Shown here piece after piece: positions 1-12,499 of a stretch of 64,000 nucleotides of DNA. Both the position numbers and the translations under genes were made by a program. The DNA comes from Okamejei kenojei. Lineage: Eukaryota. Under the pieces are notes generated by a model. The model was not told the origin of the DNA. It made no database searches and saw only the letters and a program-made list of their open reading frames with translations. The stretch spans positions 25,234,001-25,298,000 of the forward strand of contig CM069137.1 in assembly GCA_035221665.1 (NCBI GenBank), read 5' to 3'. Position 1 is the first letter of the stretch. Every line of letters begins with the position of its first letter.

Positions 1-178
1 CGGCGGGGCTTGATGTTCTGGCCTTTCTTGGTTCGTTGCTGGGATGTGGGGTTGGCGCATCTTCCAGGCTGGTCGCTGTGGGCCCTGTCCTAAAAAAAGG
101 CTTTTGTTGATAGGGTGCGACTGGAGGGTTGGTTCTAGTTGCCCAATCGGGTTGAACCCGAGTCCTGTTTGATGTTGC

Positions 179-1845
179 TTAAGGATGCTGTCTATGATAC
201 GCCGGTGGTCTGCTCGAGGATGGTGGTTTCATCAACCCGATCGCTTTTTCCTCCTCGTCCAGGTCTTTTACCTGTTTTGGCAGGTCTTCACCGAACAGCT
301 GTCTTGGTGGCGGCGTAACATTGGCTTTGCACAAATCCGCGAATTTTGGGTTTAGTGTTGGGCGGATGGAGCTCTTGCGAAAGCAGTTTATTTCATATTG
401 TGTATTGCACAGCAACGCTAGTGCATCCTGCTGCTCCTCCGTCATGTCTGTCCCGTCTATGAACCTGGCAAAGGCAGTAATGCCTGAGGTAAATAATTTC
501 AGGATTTTTTGTATTTTTAATTCCTGGGCCCTGATCCCAGGACTGATGTTACCCCAGATGGGTGTGTTGACGGAAGGGACATTGAGCGACACACAATTTT
601 CCGAAGCTTTGTATTTGTTGGTAGTTTCCGTGAGCACCTGTTGCTGCAGCTGGTGTGTGGTTAAATAATTGATGCTGTCGCTAGCCTAGGATGAAGAGGT
701 TGCCCTGATTGTGCTGGTTGGGCGAACTTCGACACAACTTCCAGAAGTTCCTCTTCAGGCATCTCTTGCAACACAGGTTCTTGCACCAACCCCTCTTCAA
801 AGTCAGCTAACGGCTGACTTCTGGCACTCCCTATTGAAGAGGGAGAGATGTTTGGTAGTTCTGCTGTGTGCCTTCTGGATCCTATGGACACACGCTCTTG
901 ATGGAGAAGGTCCCTTTCGAGCAGCTGCTCCACCATTCGCTCCATACGAGCCATGCGACCATCGCCGCTATCTGCGGACGGCAAGTCGACTTCCCCAAGT
1001 TCTGATGAACAATTGTGGCTTCTACCATCAGTCCGCACCTCAACGAGGTGATGTCTAAGGAACCTAGGTAGGTAGTCGGTGCCTGCTGCTCCTGCGGGGC
1101 TACACGACTCCCGCGCGGATTTGGCGCTTGTCCGCGGTCTTCCGGACTGAAGCGGTGGAGTATTGGTTCCAGCCGCTCCAGCTGGGGGTTCACAACATCC
1201 ACGCAGGCTTGCCGCCAGTCCTGGAAATACGGGACTGATGCGATGCAAAGTCGGTGCCAGCCGCTTCTGCGGGGCTACATGACTTGTGTATTCTACCACC
1301 GGTCCTCGATCTGGCGGACTGAAGCGGTGGTGAGTCGGTGCCAGCCGCTCCTGCGGGGCAACGCGACTTCCATGTTGATTTCCCACCGGTCCGCGGTCTG
1401 GCAGACTGTAACGGTGGTGAGTCGGTGCCGGCCGCTGCAGAAGGGCTACTCGACTCGGTGCAGTTTTTCCACTGGTCCGCCCTCTGGTGACCTGTAATAG
1501 TGGGGAAATGGAACGTGCCGTTGAAGTAGGCACTGATTTACGCACCTTTTTACCGCTGGCCCGGTGCTGTTTGGGTTGAAGCGGTAGAGAGTCAGGGTCT
1601 TGCCTACCCTGCTCCCGCGCGGGCCTCCTACCAGTGTGCAGCTCCCTGGCCTGCTGTGGTGGAGAGTCGGGTCCTGCCGACTGAGTGGGGCTCCCCGACT
1701 TCCGAGCTCTTTTCCCAGCCTTTGGTACGGGTGCTGCCGGTGTAGCGGGCAGCTCCGGGGATTGCGGCCGCTGACTTCTATCCGAATTCCCGCGATCCTC
1801 GGATGCATGCTTCGATGCAGCCTTCGTCCTGGTCCTCCGTTCCAT
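179..1845 (-). pseudogene. DIRS gag-like ORF, disrupted by frameshifts (about 1200, 1040 and 670) and a stop at 179
   Basis: ATG at 1845 (MERRTRTK...) starts a low-complexity N-terminus. The repeat peptide switches frame near 1200 (ORF 882-1202), and ORF 661-1869 ends just before the conserved gag block resumes in another frame. Confidence 0.65.
1075..1460 (-). repeat. Tandem repeat of about 86 bp, about 5 degenerate copies, inside DIRS gag (RVAPQERLAPTHHRFSPPDRGP-like peptide)
   Basis: GTCGGTGCCAGCCGC-like units recur at about 1075, 1162, 1250, 1335 and 1421. Confidence 0.8.
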
Positions 1846-2143
1846 CGTCTCTGTAAGTAAATAATACAACTACAGAAACTAACCAACTCAAGGTTAGTAA
1901 AAAACTTACCTGAGGGCCTTTTTGAAGCTGCTGGTAGAGGAGCGCACTCCACCCCCCCCGCCCCCCCCCCCCCCCCCCAGCTGTCGACTGCAAATGCGAG
2001 CCACAATATGGCGCGCATGCGTGCTGGCGGGGTCTTCACGAAGTCACTCACATGACTCCGATGTAAAATTGTTCATTGTCATGCACACTTGTCATCGGCC
2101 CACTAGGGAATTTGTGTCCCCCCCCCCATACACAATTAACCAA

Positions 2144-2790
2144 GGAGTACATGTGCCTTGGAGTTTACCTGGACAGCAATCTGGGCTGGTTCAGGACCGC
2201 TGAGGCACTGTATAAGAAGGGACAGACCCGTCTGTATGTTCTGAGGAAGCTCCACTCTTTCAAAGACTGCAGTAAGATGCTGCAGATGTTCTATTAATCG
2301 GTGGTAGCCAGTGGCATCTTCTTCGCTGTCATGTGCTGAGGCAGCAGGACGTAGGCCCCAGACAGCAACAGAATCCACCTCATCACCTCATCAGAAAGGC
2401 TGGCTCCGTCCTGGGAGTGGAGTTGGATTCATTAGAGGTAGTCATGGAGGGGAGGATGCCCCTCAAACTGTGAAGCATCTTGGGCAATACAGCTCACCCC
2501 CTCCACGACACATTGGTCAACCTGAGGAGCACCTTCAGCAACAGACTGGTTCCACCGAGATGCAGCACAGAATGCCACAGGAGACCCTTTTTCCCTGTGG
2601 CTGTAGACCTCCTCCCCCTTCTGTCATGGGGTAGACTGACTCCCAACACCCCTTTGCACATCCCCAATCCTGGACTTCCCACTCATCACTTTAATTTCAT
2701 GCTTCATGTATCTTGTTGTGTTTTATGAATGTTGGCTGACCAATTTCCCTCCTGGAATAAATAAAGTTCCATCGAATTGTACCGTATTGT
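2144..2790 (+). mobile_element. Rex1/Babar LINE 3' fragment
   Basis: Translates to YMCLGVYLDSNLGW...EALYKKGQTRLYVLRKL...MLQMFY and HPLHDTL...STFSNRL; ends with AATAAA and a short TCGTA-like tail. Confidence 0.8.
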
Positions 2791-3110
2791 TACTGTGAGT
2801 GGTAATCACACCATTAACTGTGCATTTCATAACATTCTGAACCTTCTAAATTTGTAATCGGCAGGGCAGTACTCTGCATATCGCCAACTCATATCATGTT
2901 GTGACTCACTTTGCTGATAAAATCAGTTACTTTGAACCAGTGTACTGCTTACCAAGCAGAGTATAGTGGTTTTCCTCCGCAGTATAATTGCTGTGTACCT
3001 GTGACTTTCTTCATTTCAAAGGAGCTATTTTATGTGATGGTGCTTTCAGTACGGGGTGGCAATGGTGGTTTGCACCCTTGGTTTTCCTAGCGTATCTTCC
3101 AGTATCTATT

Positions 3111-3206
3111 GTAGACACAAAATGCTGGAGTAACTCAGCAGGACAAGCAGCATCTTCAGAGAGAAGGAATATGTGAGGTTTCGGGTCGAGACCCTTCTTC
3201 AGACTA
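3111..3206 (-). mobile_element. Penelope-derived mini-element with hammerhead-like core; 14-bp TSD
   Basis: TTCCAGTATCTATT at 3097-3110 and 3207-3220. Minus-strand core CTGAAGAAGGGTCTCGACCCGAAACCTC at 3175-3202. Confidence 0.8.
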
Positions 3207-3850
3207 TTCCAGTATCTATTCATTTCATGACAATACTACCCAAAAGTTCAATTGGTTTAGTTCTATTTTTGCAACAATCAACTGGAAATTATTACGTTTT
3301 CGAACAAGACAATAATAACTATTTCTGAACTGTTTCATGTTACTACAGAAATTACAAGTTTACAAACCTTTTCAACAAATGCTTCAATGACATAAAATGG
3401 GGTTGAGTATTCTACTAATATAAAACTACACTACCATTTGGAAAACAGAATATGACTGAAGGAGATTGGGAGGAGTAAAAACCAAAACACAATATTTATC
3501 CATGAACACAGAACCGCTTGGATTTTATTGGCAGTTTCCTATTCCAAGGTCTCAAATTCCATTTAGTTAATCATCAATTTTGGGATTCATTCTTCAAGGG
3601 TCTTATGCTGAGGTGCAATATTCAAATTTGGTTGCAAGAATCTTTGTTTGATTTTTCAGAACTTGCCATTCAAAAAAACCCCAACAATTCATGACTTTTC
3701 AACCCATCACTGAAGTGGTGAAATGTAGAGTAATATTTCTCATGTTTTGGTATCAATAGAGTTGTTGCTGTTGGCTTTTGTCAATGCAGCAAGTAGATGA
3801 ATGAAGCATTTCTGTGAATGCTACTATACAGTGTTTCAGTTACCCCTTCG

Positions 3851-4154
3851 TTTAGATTAGCTTATAGATGCTTTGGCCCACCAAATCCTTGCCAACCATC
3901 GATCACCCGCATACTTGTTCAATGTTATCGCACTTTCACATCCTACAGACTGGGGGCAATTTACACAAGCCAATTACCCATACAGACCTGCATGTCTTTA
4001 GAAGTTGGGGGGGAAACCCGAGCACCCGAAGAAAACCCACACAGTCACTGTGAGAATGTACAAACTCTGCAACAGCAGGACCCGTCGTCATGATTCGAAC
4101 CCGGGTCTGTGGCGCTACGAGGTAGCAGCTCTACCGCTGCACCGCTATACTGCC
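3851..4154 (-). mobile_element. HE1-type tRNA-derived V-SINE
   Basis: B-box GGTTCGAATC on the minus strand near 4095, V-domain-like core and TAAAC-like tail; similar to the copy at 22699-23001. Confidence 0.8.
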
Positions 4155-7100
4155 TTAATTCTGCAGATGGAGCTTTCCTTGTGTTTTGGAATAAACCGTT
4201 TCAGGGCAATACACACACAATGAGGTAATCATGGAATTCCACCTTGATGTGATGTATTTGCATCTTGTGATGTTGTGTTCAATGGAAAACAAACATCTCA
4301 TGCATTTACATATTTATTACTTTGAATGCAGTTTGCAGACCAACACCATAGAGGTATCAAATTGTTTGTTGAAAACAATCCCATGGCATATCCCTTTAAG
4401 AACAACTCTGTGATTGCAAACTAGACAGAGAAAAGAGAATATTATTTTCTATTTGGCATTCTTGAAAGTGACTGCATATACAACCCCAGTAGCAATTTAC
4501 AAAATGTTCTGTATTCTCACATCTGATTTTTTTACTGCAGTTCATTTTGTTTTGGTCAGATAAAATCTATCAAGGAAATGTCTTTGAGCACGCTGTTAAA
4601 TTGCCTGGTCTAATGAGGGTTAAATTCAGATTCAAACCATAAAAAATATTCTGTACCTTTTACATGGTAGACTGGATAAAAGGATCAAATCAAACTAAGG
4701 AGTGTCATGTTAATAAGGTTTATCATATCACCATGAATCTTAAATCATGTTCAGCAATGCCTGTTTTAATTGCATTAAACTAACAATATGTTCTTTCCAC
4801 TAATTAGGCCCTTTAGGAATGTCTACATTAAAGTATCTTTAATTTTCCTATGTACTGCTCATAAAACAAATCACAGATTCTCCCTATATGCTCACATGAT
4901 TCAACCGAAGGCTTTTGAAAATATGCAAAAATTGAAAAGACCTCTAGGAGTTATTAATTTATGAGGTTTCAGTGAATATGAAGAAAGAGCAGATTAGTTT
5001 GTACCTAGTGAGATTGCAAAGCTCTAAAGTGTCAGAATTGATGTGCCTTCTTGTCATAGTCAGGAGCTGTTGCTTAGCTTCTGAACGAGAGATCTTCAGA
5101 ACCTCAAGCTGAAATAGATATCTGAACAAAGTAAATATAGAGCAAAAGATTGGGGAGGGGATTACAAGAGCAGCAAGATGATATTGTGTGCGGCAAAAAT
5201 AAGCTCAGGTTGTTTATCGTGCAATCTGAACCTTGAGCTTGTGTTACTGCCTTTAACTTCTTCTTCTCCAGCCTTTGGTCTTTTTTTTACTAGATATTGC
5301 TCTGATTTATATTTCATAGATGCCACAGACCCTCAAAGGTTTACCAGTATTCATAATGGATTGAGATCCCAATGGAGTGATGCCACTGAGTGTTTGTAAC
5401 AATCTTTAAGACATGAAAAAATTGTAAGAAATTAAATACATGCCCAGTGAAGATGCAGTAGTAAAAAAAAAACATATACTGCCAGAAGTATAAGTGGGAA
5501 GGATTCAAAATGTTTCTCGTTATAGTTAAGTAGTAAGGTAAATTATTTTTACAGTGATTGGGATGGACAATCCATGGTTGTTTCTGCTCTGTTTTGGCAG
5601 CAATCCATTGGATTTGTTTAGGTTCCAAAGGAGTCCTATCTGAACTTTAGGTAAGTCAGAAATGAACGGAAAGCTGCCCATTATTTACTGGGTGGGCTTA
5701 GCACTGTCAGGGTCTACCCATGTAATGCAAGCCCAATGTGTTGGTTATTGATTTATACATGCTTTGATCAGCCATAACTACCCAGCAAGTAATGGTTATC
5801 ATGCCCAACTGAGGCTCAAGGCAGGATTAAGACCCAGACTTCTGAAAATAATTAATTTGGTGATAAATGATCTCTACGAAGTTCACTGCAGTGGTTCCTT
5901 ACTCTTAATCTAAAGTCAGTGAAGTAATATTACGCAGTTACTTTGATATTATAAAGCTACATATTCAAGTTCAAGCAGTTCTATTTCAAATATTTTTATA
6001 TAATCTACATCTATACTTATATAGGAAATCAACACCACAGATTATATAAGCATTATTCTTTTTATAGTACAAAAAATATATTTATAGTAGTGCGTGTGAT
6101 TTATTTGTATTTTCTCAGCATTCTTTGCAATATAAAATGGATGATTGTGCGACACAAGGAAGTGTTGTGTACCAAAGATGTCATTATAAACATAAATACT
6201 TCTGGCAACGGATCAGTACAATTTTATTGGTTGGTTTACCCCCATGCTTTTTTTTCGTAATCTTTACACCGCAGGCTGAATGTCACCTACCTGAAATGTA
6301 TCTCATTCCACTGTTCTCTGCTTCTCTGATAAGGGTTCAAAGGCAAACTCAGTGTTTCCCTGGACTGAGACTGGAAATTTGGTCGGGTGCATATGGCCAG
6401 TGAAAGGCAATAAATGGGAAGTTTAATAATGACTATTTCTAGAACTATATAACATGATAATTTATTTCACCACATTTGGAAAGGTGAAATAATGGAGTAA
6501 TTTCAAAACTAATCTGCAGAAATAACAGAGCATTTTGTCAAACTTGGAACAGGCTTGAGACAATGGAAGCATTAATATAATTCTAAAATAAACAGGATAG
6601 CCTTTTTACAGAAATTAATATTTTGGATTCAGGATATGGCCATTTTGTCAGTCATGTGGTTGAGATAATAAGTTAATTTTGGATCTATGATTTACTTGGA
6701 TCTATGATTTCATTACGACTACATACTGTTCTGATTGATATGCATTGATTGCTATGATTTAGTCCATAACTTCATTGTGTGGGAATTATATGAAGTAAAG
6801 GGATAGTGGAAGGCTAGGAAATATTGGTCTTTCTTTATCTACCAGTTCATACATGTGTGTGTTATATTTAGCAAAAACTGAGGAATTGAATGTCCACTCA
6901 TTTACTGTATATAGGCTATAAATATATGGGGTATGAACCATAAAGTAGAAATAATGGGACTGAAGCAGCCTCTGGTTCAAAAGAAAGCAAGAACAAAATA
7001 AATCAGATGAGTTGACGTTGTGCAATAAGCTTAAGCAGTTCCAATTTTATTTTCAATTTCAAAACAGATAACATGGTGGAAAAATGGTAATGCAGTTACC

Positions 7101-8837
7101 TAGCAAAACCAGATAGATACCTGTACAATTTTGCTTACAATTGAAGTATACAAAATTGTTGCACAATAGATAGCAAATTTGGGGACATTTTATTTAGGAT
7201 TGTTCCATAAAGGCCAATATCACTTTAAAAAGATGAAATATAATTTGGTCACTCAGACATATATTTTGGTTGAATAGTCGTTGTTCTCACTTGATGTTAA
7301 AACTCGAATAAAATTGGGCTTCAACGACCACTATCAGGTAATATAATTTAGAAAGCTGCATCCCTTTTTCTTCTATAAGTTTCCCTTTTCTGAATGGTAC
7401 AATGATAATTGAGCAGAAAACAAATGTTTTCTCTAGTCAGTTTTTCAATACATTCAATGCTGAAGAACGATTTAGAAATAGACCTGGAATCTTGATTAAA
7501 CCCTGTCCTTGCAGTGTTCACATCTTGACACAAACAAATACAGCCATCTGAAAATGGTTTATCTGCGCAGTTGGTTTGTTAGGAATTCAATGAATTACAC
7601 AGTTGCAGGACCATTTTTTTTTGTCAATTCCTATCAGCACAACATCATGTTGCTGGACTGACCGGAATTCGAAAATGGATCTAATTCGGAAAGGCTGATC
7701 ATCAAAACTGCCCAAAGTTGTTATTGCAATAACTTTCTAAATGTTGCTGATTTCTTGACATATATTTCCATGACATTATTAGGAGATAATCCTGCTCTTT
7801 CATAATGCAGATACAGAGAAATGTTTATACAACATATTTTATGTTTAATTTTTAAGAATACTAAATAATAAAAACAAATATTATCAGTATTGCAGTACCA
7901 ACAGAGTCACAATATATTCTCTTATTAAGTGAGAGAGAAGACATTTGGAGATTATATATTGAAGTATTTTTTTCAGCTGCCACTGTGTGTTGACAATTTA
8001 GAGACTCAAAGTCAATAGCAAATGTTGAACTCTAATTTTAAGTCTTTTGTGTGGAAAAGGCTCTGTATCCAAACCTTGCAGGTCAAATACAAATAGTTGT
8101 ACTCCCTGTTGTCTCTGGAAAAATTTGGCCTTGCGAGCTGTAAATTCCTGCCAGCAATGCCCTTTCAACGGTTGTGCAAAACTCATTGAGCTTTATGTTA
8201 ACTCAATCAATAATCAGTTGGAAGTGATTCATGCATGAGAACTGGATGTTAAGACAACGTTTAGTTCACACCCTACTGGAAGTGGTTTTTGATGAGAATG
8301 TTAGCATGGGCTGTGCTTCAGATCTGCCTGGCTCGCACCTTTGAGTCCAGCAAACATGCGTGATCAGTGTTACCCGTTCAAAGCCAAATTTTTGTAGGTG
8401 GGTAGAACTTTCTCACCTCAGTGAGGGTTGAAAAAAGCCAACATTTTGTCTCTCAGAAAATAAACTGTCTGGCATGAGGTAAACCTCTGAGTGCGAAAGT
8501 CAGCGGAAGTGAAAAAGGAACCTAGCAAAAACGAAAAGCAAAATATCAGTAGGAGAGACCCAGTTTTAAAGATAACATGAAATAGCTTTTCTGTTTGTTA
8601 GGATAGCTTCATTGCTCAAAGAGAAAAGCTATCTCCCAGTGAATTATTGAATTAACCATTGATCAAACCCGCAGTTGTATCTATGAGAGTGGGTATTAAA
8701 AAAAAGATGATCGATGTTCAAGTAGCTATAATTGGTTAATTAGAAAGTTATTACAATATTAACACTTGGCAACTTTGATCATCATTGCCAGCAACCGTCT
8801 ACTAATTCTTCATACTAGGCAATGAGTTTTGATAATC

Positions 8838-8966
8838 TGTAGAAACAAGAACTGCAGATGCTGTTTAATACACAAAAGGGCACAAAGTGCTGGAGTAACT
8901 TAGCAGGTGAGGCAGCATCTCCGGAGAACATGGATAGTTGACGTTTTGTGCCGAGACCCTTATTCA
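8838..8966 (-). mobile_element. Penelope-derived short element (degenerate hammerhead core)
   Basis: AACTGCAGATGCTG...GCTGGAGTAACT...GACGTTTTGTGCCGAGACCCTT is shared with the other copies. Confidence 0.7.
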
Positions 8967-9550
8967 ATCAAATTGAATAGCCTAATCAATCTCATGGAAT
9001 AGATGAGGCAAAATCCTCAAATTATGCAAAGTTTATCAATCTGTTGCAATCTGATCCTTCTTCTAGCCTTGTAGTGACTCAGAATGCTACACATTTCAAG
9101 GAAAATTAAGTTTGTCAGTAAATGCTGATTTGATTAACTACACCCACATCTATCGAAAGAGCAAAACAAGACACTTAGTATTTGGTCACAAGCCTTGATT
9201 TTTTTTAATGAAATAGTTGATGTGATGAAGAGTATGTGATGATTAGTTCATTGCTTGGTGTGATATTCAGATGGATGAGGAACTGGGATAAATCAGAAGT
9301 AAGATATCAGATTTCATTACCCAGGAAGCAGAGGTGGGGCTTTGGATAGATGAGTGCACTGAGAGATCTAAAGCAGAGGCTCAGATTTGGTGGACAAGGG
9401 TGGAGGCAAATATAAGAACAGAGGAGGGTCTATCGATCCCTATGTATGTTCCACCAATCTATCACCGATGATCCGTATCCAAGTTTATGAAGTCCTTAAA
9501 CTATTATATTCTTCTTGTTAAAATAAAGCCAGCTCAATTAACTGAGTCAA

Positions 9551-9644
9551 TTGAAGAAGGGTCTCGATCCGAAACGTCTCCTATTCCTTCACTCCATAGA
9601 TGCTGCCTCACCCGCTGAGTTTCTCCAGGATTTTTGTCTACCTT
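9551..9644 (+). mobile_element. Penelope-derived short element with hammerhead-like core
   Basis: TTGAAGAAGGGTCTCGATCCGAAACGTC followed by the family body ending TTTTGTCTACCTT. Confidence 0.75.
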
Positions 9645-9789
9645 AAATTATTTACGAGATAGTTTTTATGCCTTGCTATAAAGAGATGTCCTTTATCTTT
9701 TCTGAAATGTTCCAAAGCGATAAGCGATATTCTCCAGACTATTCCTTTAAAAAAATAACGTTAAAAATATGCCCATTAATTTACTCTAT

Positions 9790-9795
9790 TTTAAT
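9790..9795 (-). promoter_or_regulatory. Candidate ATTAAA polyadenylation signal of ARHGAP15
   Basis: About 380 nt downstream of the stop codon and followed by a U-rich tract on the minus strand; not verified. Confidence 0.25.
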
Positions 9796-10176
9796 AATTA
9801 AAATTACATTTTGTTGTCTTCAATCACTGACTGTTCAAATAATCATGCAGCTTTGAGTTTGACTGCAATCTGGCCAATATTAGCAGAATATTTTAGATTT
9901 CAGAGTAAGTGAAGGCACTTTTGTCCAAATAGTTTGTACTGAATCATATAAAATCAAGCAACCATCAATCAGTGATTAAAAACAAAACAAAATAATAAAA
10001 GCACAATCCCAGGTAAAATTAATCTGTACAGATTAATATAAATGAAACTGAGGGGGGAAAAAAATGAGCATGCTAATGTGCTTGCAATCTTGTGCATGCA
10101 GCAGAACCACAAATTAACAATGTTTTCACAAACATCATATCTGAGAACAAGATTAACCTCTGGGAGTACGGCACGA

Positions 10177-10360
10177 TCACATCCCCTCGGGGTTAAACAT
10201 TTCAGCATGCTCGGTAAGTATCAGATCGATTATCTGGTTTTGGTACATCATGTTCACTGCCATATTTGAAGTTTCAATTTCAGGCCACATAAGAGTTGGT
10301 CCAAATACGATGCCTACACTTTGCGACAACATCAGATTCACCATTGCCTTTGCTATTATC
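10177..10360 (-). CDS. ARHGAP15: Rho GTPase-activating protein 15, last coding exon (RhoGAP C-terminus)
   Basis: Acceptor TTCCAG|G at 10361-10362. Encodes (K)IIAKAMVNLMLSQSVGIVFGPTLMWPEIETSNMAVNMMYQNQIIDLILTEHAEMFNPEGM*, which has the RhoGAP NxM...IVFGPTL motif and resembles the ARHGAP15 C-terminus (IVAKASKNLMSTQSLGIVFGPTLL...MVYQNQI). Phase matches the upstream exon. Confidence 0.9.
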
Positions 10361-10429
10361 CTGGAATTTAAAAAAAGAGAAAAGAGATCAACGTTTTTGA
10401 ACCAGTCAGTCAGTTTCATTCCACTAATT

Positions 10430-10603
10430 AGAACATGAAACATTGAACATAGAAAAGTACTGCACAGGATCAGGCCCTTTGGCCCACAACTTCTGTGCCG
10501 AAAATGGTGCCAAGATATACTAATCTTATTTGCCTGAACATGATCCATACACGTCCAGAACCATGTGTCTTTCTAAGAGCCTCTTAATCACCACTATCGT
10601 ATC
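10430..10603 (-). mobile_element. CR1/HER1-type LINE 3' fragment
   Basis: AACATAGAA-like tail and CAGGCCCTTTGGCCCAC terminal stem typical of elasmobranch CR1 ends. Confidence 0.65.
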
Positions 10604-10989
10604 TTAATTGGTTGAAGATGGGCTAATACAGGTGAACTAATACAATCCTGAAGATGGACTGATTTCTGACTTACTGATATGAATTTGGTCAAAAACAAAA
10701 TGATTAAAACCTGAATAGATCCCTCTACAGACTTCACTAATCCGTCAATAGGCCATCTCAACAATGTTTTTCAACCTGGGCCAAACACCATCTGTCCTCA
10801 GTTTAGTAAAAAAAAGGCTGCATTTAAGGGTTGCTATTTGCCTATGCTGTGTTCAGTAAACCAATAAAGGCAAATAGTGATCAAAGAAATCCCATTTAAG
10901 ATGTCAGTTTGACACACATTTAGTGCACAGCATAGAATATAAAATGTTAATTCCTAACTTGCTTAGTTGCTTCTACAGTGTATGCCACA

Positions 10990-11213
10990 AAAGATCCTAT
11001 TTCCCTGCGGCTAACAAGCTGTACAACTCCTCCCCCTTCTGTCACGGGGTAGACTGACACTCCTTCCCCCTCCCCAATCTTTGAACATCCCCAATCCTGG
11101 TCTTTCCAGTCGTCACTTTAATTTTGTGTTTCATGTATCTTGTTGAGTTTCATGACTGTTGGCAGACCAATTTTCCTCCTGGGATAAATACATTTCTATT
11201 GTATCGTATCGTA
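10990..11213 (+). mobile_element. Rex1/Babar LINE 3' end
   Basis: Similar to 2585-2790 (TCCCCCTTCTGTCA.GGGGTAGACTGAC) with a (TCGTA)n tail. Confidence 0.75.
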
Positions 11214-11800
11214 TGGACTAATGTAATCCATATTTGAGTAATATTCCATTGCAAATTAAAATTATAGGTCAGATGGTACAATTTGCTGCATCAATAGCCA
11301 TCCTAATTTATTGAGGTAGAATTATTGGCAATCAATGACAAATTACAAACAGTAATTTGTTGACTTTCAGGAACTTAGTTGAGACTTTTCAAACATGCTT
11401 TGCAAAGTCCCGAGGCAATGAAAATCTATGACTTTATAAAAAAAGATTTTTGTCAGAAAGTTACCTCCAAATCCCAGAAAGAGAAGAAAATGAACCAACT
11501 TCACTCTAAATTGTTAATTTTTTTGTGATATTTTCAAGATAAAAAGCTCTCACAAATGATTTACAGATGAGAGAGCACTTTGCATTTTACTCAGTTTAGT
11601 TTAGAGATATAGCACGGAAACAAGTCCGCAGCGACCAGCAAACCCTGCACATTAACACTATCCTACACACACAAGGGACATTTTACATTTATAACAAGCC
11701 TGTACATCTTTAGTGTGGGAGAAAACCAAAGATCTCGGGTAAACCCCACGCAGGTCATGAGGAGAATGTACAAACTCCGTACAGACAAGTATCCTTCGAA

Positions 11801-11897
11801 GGTTACACAAAAAGCTGGAGAAACTCAGCGGGTGCAGCAGCATCTAAGAGGCGAAGGAGATAGGCGACGTTTCGGGTCGAGACCCTTCTTCAGACTG
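11801..11897 (-). mobile_element. Penelope-derived mini-element; 10-bp TSD
   Basis: ATCCTTCGAA at 11791-11800 and 11898-11907. Confidence 0.85.
11866..11893 (-). ncRNA. Minimal type-I hammerhead ribozyme core (Penelope type)
   Basis: CUGAAGA-A-GGGU(CUCG)ACCC-GAAA-CG-UC: both catalytic boxes, stem II, palindromic ACGU stem III and a GUC cleavage triplet. Stem I is weak. Confidence 0.6.
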
Positions 11898-12499
11898 ATC
11901 CTTCGAACCCAGCTCTCTGGTGCTGTAAGGCAGTAGCTCTACGCTGCACCACTAATGCCACCCCTCTGCTATAGAACACTACGCCAAGTCTGACAGTAAA
12001 GCTGTGGAACCAGTTGTGAAATTACTTTTGGAGATCAGCTGATGCCCCGCAATCCCACCTTAAATGTTATTGTTTTGAGCAACAGTGTACGCCTGGAAAC
12101 TATTGTAAGATGTGAAGACATCAATGGTAATCCTAAATAGGAAGGTCCAATAATGTTCTGAAATATTAACAGCAATTCCTGAACAATTCTGGAAGCAAAT
12201 TAATTTTAGGAACCCACACTATCCCTCTGTGTGCCAATTGGTGGCCACCAATCTTTGACAGTAAATAATTTGCTGGCATTGAGGAAAGAACAGGATATGG
12301 AACGGATTTGATTGCTTATGGACATGGTGAACCATATGATCTTTTTCATCCATTGACAATTCAATGGATTTTTAAATGCATTAATTCACACAATGCGAAT
12401 ATATCAGCGTTTATTGTCCATCTCTAACTGACCCCTGACCTGGTTTACTACGTCATTTCAAAGGGCACAACATCAATGAGTCTGGAGTTACATATATAC

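Larger units (their letters stand above)
1..2069 (-). mobile_element. DIRS1-like tyrosine-recombinase retrotransposon, 5' portion (terminus + degenerate gag); continues beyond the left edge
   Basis: GC-rich island in AT-rich DNA. Minus-strand ORF 179-637 (ENCVSLNVPSVNTPIWGNI...DALALLCNTQYEINCFRKSSIRPTLNPKFADLC...LFGEDL) matches the DIRS1 gag C-terminal pattern. The terminus reads ATTTTACATCGGAGTCATGTGAGTGAC on the minus strand. Confidence 0.75.
11591..11962 (-). mobile_element. HE1-type V-SINE interrupted by a Penelope mini-element
   Basis: (TAAAC)n tail at 11592-11603, SINE core, and tRNA head at about 11905-11960. Confidence 0.8.

Noticed and set aside
10361-10548. N-terminal part of ORF 10177-10548 as protein coding
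   Set aside because: It lies upstream of the splice acceptor and reads through intron and CR1 tail; only 10177-10360 is exon.
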